From assembly GCA_963681965.1 (NCBI GenBank), contig OY820579.1:4064001-4128000 (forward strand): DNA of 64,000 bases, given 5' to 3'. Shown here piece by piece: positions 61,372 through 64,000 of this stretch (within the stretch, counting starts at the first letter, position 1; each line of letters begins with the position of its first letter). The notes under the pieces are model-generated. The model did no database searches, had not been told where the DNA came from, and worked only from the letters and a program-made list of their open reading frames with translations. Source of the stretch: a bacterium (GTDB taxonomy: Bacteria; Electryoneota; JAOADG01). Both the position numbers and the translations under genes were made by a program.

Positions 61372-61464
61372 GGAGGTGGGACTTCAGTCCCGCCTTCTTT
61401 TCGTTGGCAGCGCAAGCTTCCAAGCCTGCGATTTCATTTTTCTATATGGGCGTATTGCCGCCCC
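61372..61464. repeat. Cluster of three REP-like palindromes
   Basis: GGAGGTGGGACTTCAGTCCCGCC, GGCAGCGCAAGCTTCCAAGCCTGCG, GGGCGTATTGCCGCCCC. Confidence 0.55.
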
Positions 61465-61474
61465 TTCGGAAAAA

Positions 61475-62068
61475 TTATTTTCCGGAATTCAACTTGCGTA
61501 GTTCCTGACCGAGCAAATAGCTGTCGCGAAAACCCTGCTTGATCGACAATTCCAATTCGGCATCGTCGACATAATCCTTGCCTTCGAGAAACACCGTAAT
61601 CGTCTTCCGGGTATTCTTCGCAATCTTCGAAACAATCCCATCGGCATCGTTGAACCGGATCGATTCGCGCACCCCGACTTCACCCAACGGTTCGTAGCGA
61701 TACGCCGGATCGGTCTCCGGCATCCGTCGCGTTTGCAGCGTATCGGTATCGACTACCAACACGGCACGATCGTGATAAATTCGTTCGTCGCCGCTATACA
61801 CGGAAATCAAATCGTAATGACCGTCCAGCTTCACTGCGATATACAATCCGGTTTCATTCAGCCACGAGAATGCGAGATTGTTGTGCCGGAATTCGATACT
61901 GCCATCGTCCAATTTGAATGTCTGGAAATATTGCAGCATCGAATCGATTTTCGCATTCGACTTCGGCAACACTTGCGCTACCGCAGTCGACGCCGCCATC
62001 GTCGCCGAAATCAAGCACACCATTACCAACCATTTCATCGCTCGCATCGCATATCTCTCAAAAATCAT
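61475..62068 (-). CDS. Hypothetical exported protein
   Basis: Signal peptide (MKWLVMVCLISATMAASTAVA/Q); begins right after the nuoF-like stop. Confidence 0.72.
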   Translation of the reverse strand: MIFERYAMRAMKWLVMVCLISATMAASTAVAQVLPKSNAKIDSMLQYFQTFKLDDGSIEFRHNNLAFSWLNETGLYIAVKLDGHYDLISVYSGDERIYHDRAVLVVDTDTLQTRRMPETDPAYRYEPLGEVGVRESIRFNDADGIVSKIAKNTRKTITVFLEGKDYVDDAELELSIKQGFRDSYLLGQELRKLNSGK

Positions 62069-62070
62069 CG

Positions 62071-63972
62071 CTATTGAACTACTACCGCACTGACTTTATC
62101 CGGGCAGACCGTGTAACAGATACCGCACTTGTCGCACTTCGCCGGATCGATCACATGCACCTTCTTGAATTCGCCGGTAATCGCTTGTTGCGGACACGCT
62201 TTGCCGCAGAGTAGACAGCCGGTACACTTGTCGGCATCGATCGAATAGGTAATCAAACTGCGGCAGACACCCGCCGGACACTTCTTCTCTTTGACGTGCA
62301 CTTCCCACTCTTCGCGGAAGAATTTCAACGTCGAGAGCACCGGATTCGCGGCATCCATCCCGAGCGAGCAGAGCGATCCGAGCTTCATCGCGCGGCAGAC
62401 CCGCTCGATCTGCGGGATTGTCGTATCGTCGGCGTTCCCGTCGCACACCAGTTGCACGAGGTGATAAAGTTGACGCAGTCCTTCGCGGCACGGCGTACAC
62501 TTGCCACAGCTTTCTTCCAGCAGGAAGTGAACAAAGTACTTCGCAATGTCAACCATACAATTCCGGTTGTCCATCACGATCATACCACCGGAACCCATCA
62601 TCGATCCGTTCGCAGTCAGCGTATCGAAATCGACCGGCACATCGAGCAGCGATTCCGGAATACAGCCGCCGGACGGACCGCCGGTCTGCACCGCTTTGAA
62701 CGGCTTGTCGCCGATAATGCCACCGCCAATATCGAAGATGATCGTGCGGAGCGTCGTACCCATTTCGACTTCGACCAAGCCGGTATTTTTCACTTTACCG
62801 ACCAGCGAAAATGCTTTGGTGCCGGGTGATTTTTTAGTACCCTTGTTAGCGAACCATTCGTAGCCATTTTCGAGAATCGGCGGTACGCACGCCCAGGTTT
62901 CGACATTGTTCAGTACGGTTGGCTTGTCGTAAAGACCTTTGATGACGCTGCGGGTATATTTTGCACGCGGTTCGCCGATCTTGCCCTCGATCGAGCGCAT
63001 CAACGCCGTGGATTCACCGCAAACAAATGCGCCGCCGCCGCGGGAGATCGTCACTTTGAAACTGAAATTCGGTTTGCCCAGAATATTGTCGCCCAGCAAT
63101 CCCGCCGCTTCGAGGGCATCGATTGCACGTTGCATTCGTTTCACTGCAAGCGGGTATTCTTTGCGGACATAAATAAATCCGCGCGAACCACCGAGTGCCC
63201 ATGCCGCAATCGTCATTCCTTCCAAGACTTTGAACGGATCGCCTTCCATGATCGAGCGATCCATGAAGGCACCCGGATCGCCTTCGTCGCCGTTGCAGAG
63301 GATGTACGGGCTACCGGCATCCATGGCAGATTTCCACTTGCGACCGGTGGAGAATCCGGCACCACCGCGTCCGCGCAAACCACTCTTGGTCATTTGATCG
63401 ACAATGGTTTTACCGTCGAGTGCAAAGGCGTTGAGTAATCCGTTGTACCCGCCATTGGCAAGATAGTCGTCGAGCGATTCGGGATCGACCACACCGCAAT
63501 TCTTCAATGCAATGCGATCCTGCTTCGCGTAAAATGCGATGTCGTTGCGTCCCTTGCAGCGGTTTCCCGTCAATGGATCTTTGAACAGGAGTTTTTCGTT
63601 GACTTCGGCTTTTCCGAGCAGCGCACTTACGATATCCGGCACATTCTTCAACTTCACTTGTTCGTAAAGAATGTCGTCGGGCAATACGTGCACCAGTGGT
63701 CCGACCTGACAGAAGCCGTGGCAACCGCTGGCGGAAAGATGCGTCACCGGATGCTTGCCGTTCTTGCTGTGCAGACAATCCTGCAATTCGGCAACGATGT
63801 TTACTTTGGCTTCTTTTAACTGCTTTTGAAGCTCTTCGAAAATTTCAAATGCGCCACCGGCAACACAGCCGGTACCGGCACAAACCACGATCCGCCGTCC
63901 CAATTTACCGTGAGCGGCAGCCATTTCGGTTTTACGCGCAATCAGTTGATCGATCGATTCGAAGCGGGTCAT
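62071..63972 (-). CDS. NuoF/HydB-like FMN/NADH-binding subunit with N-terminal thioredoxin-like 2Fe-2S and C-terminal 2x4Fe-4S domains
   Basis: C.GTGC, GC.GFC, SGLRGRGGAGF.TG.KW, CNGDEGDPGAFMDR, GGPSGGC, ESCGKCTPCREG, CPAGVC, two CxxCxxCxxxCP. Confidence 0.93.
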   Translation of the reverse strand: MTRFESIDQLIARKTEMAAAHGKLGRRIVVCAGTGCVAGGAFEIFEELQKQLKEAKVNIVAELQDCLHSKNGKHPVTHLSASGCHGFCQVGPLVHVLPDDILYEQVKLKNVPDIVSALLGKAEVNEKLLFKDPLTGNRCKGRNDIAFYAKQDRIALKNCGVVDPESLDDYLANGGYNGLLNAFALDGKTIVDQMTKSGLRGRGGAGFSTGRKWKSAMDAGSPYILCNGDEGDPGAFMDRSIMEGDPFKVLEGMTIAAWALGGSRGFIYVRKEYPLAVKRMQRAIDALEAAGLLGDNILGKPNFSFKVTISRGGGAFVCGESTALMRSIEGKIGEPRAKYTRSVIKGLYDKPTVLNNVETWACVPPILENGYEWFANKGTKKSPGTKAFSLVGKVKNTGLVEVEMGTTLRTIIFDIGGGIIGDKPFKAVQTGGPSGGCIPESLLDVPVDFDTLTANGSMMGSGGMIVMDNRNCMVDIAKYFVHFLLEESCGKCTPCREGLRQLYHLVQLVCDGNADDTTIPQIERVCRAMKLGSLCSLGMDAANPVLSTLKFFREEWEVHVKEKKCPAGVCRSLITYSIDADKCTGCLLCGKACPQQAITGEFKKVHVIDPAKCDKCGICYTVCPDKVSAVVVQ

Positions 63973-64000
63973 TATTTCACCCCCTTCTTAAATAGCTTTT
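63972..64000 (-). CDS. 3' tip of upstream gene (NuoE/HydC-like by context only)
   Basis: ...KLFKKGVK* with TAATG stop/start overlap onto the nuoF-like gene. Confidence 0.4.

Noticed and set aside
59374-62070. Integron cassette array
   Set aside because: No attC-like RYYYAAC...GTTRRRY structures seen at the gene junctions
726-63995. Many antisense or alternate-frame ORFs in the track (e.g. 11518-12303, 20539-21351, 27522-28340, 58591-59238)
   Set aside because: They shadow well-supported genes, lack family motifs and are expected from codon bias
58621-64000. Respiratory complex I or FeFe hydrogenase
   Set aside because: No membrane nuo genes in view, and the NuoG-like subunit lacks H-cluster motifs

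Overview
A 64-kb bacterial chromosomal segment. The C-terminal 'QNYPNPFNPST' sorting domain, xerC-hpf-hprK, MEP-pathway genes and anaerobic redox genes suggest an anaerobic FCB-superphylum-type organism (inference only). Core content: nfnAB, P5C dehydrogenase, two crotonases, ychF, RluA, xerC-hpf-hprK-EIIA, dxs-ispH-lipA, a class V aminotransferase with serA, and a NuoE/F/G-like (HydABC/Bfu-type) electron-transfer operon. Accessory content: three tandem membrane-anchored J-domain genes (the third lacks HPD); a luxC/luxE-like, ACP, FabG, acyl-ligase, LpxD-like and Wzx cluster without luciferase; an 8.2-kb modular secreted protein gene; two STAND-like NTPase/TPR proteins; an AT-rich membrane protein plus alpha/beta-hydrolase pair; and a toxin-antitoxin plus Mrr block inside the nuoF-nuoG-like operon. 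Non-coding content: four copies of a 100-bp element with terminal inverted repeats that encloses two REP-type hairpins and shows a compensatory base change, many diverse GTAG/GGAG REP-like palindromes, a near-consensus CRP-type site, and a candidate structured leader before the serine-pathway genes. I saw no tRNA, rRNA, CRISPR array or transposase. All family assignments are by eye from motifs; no searches were run.
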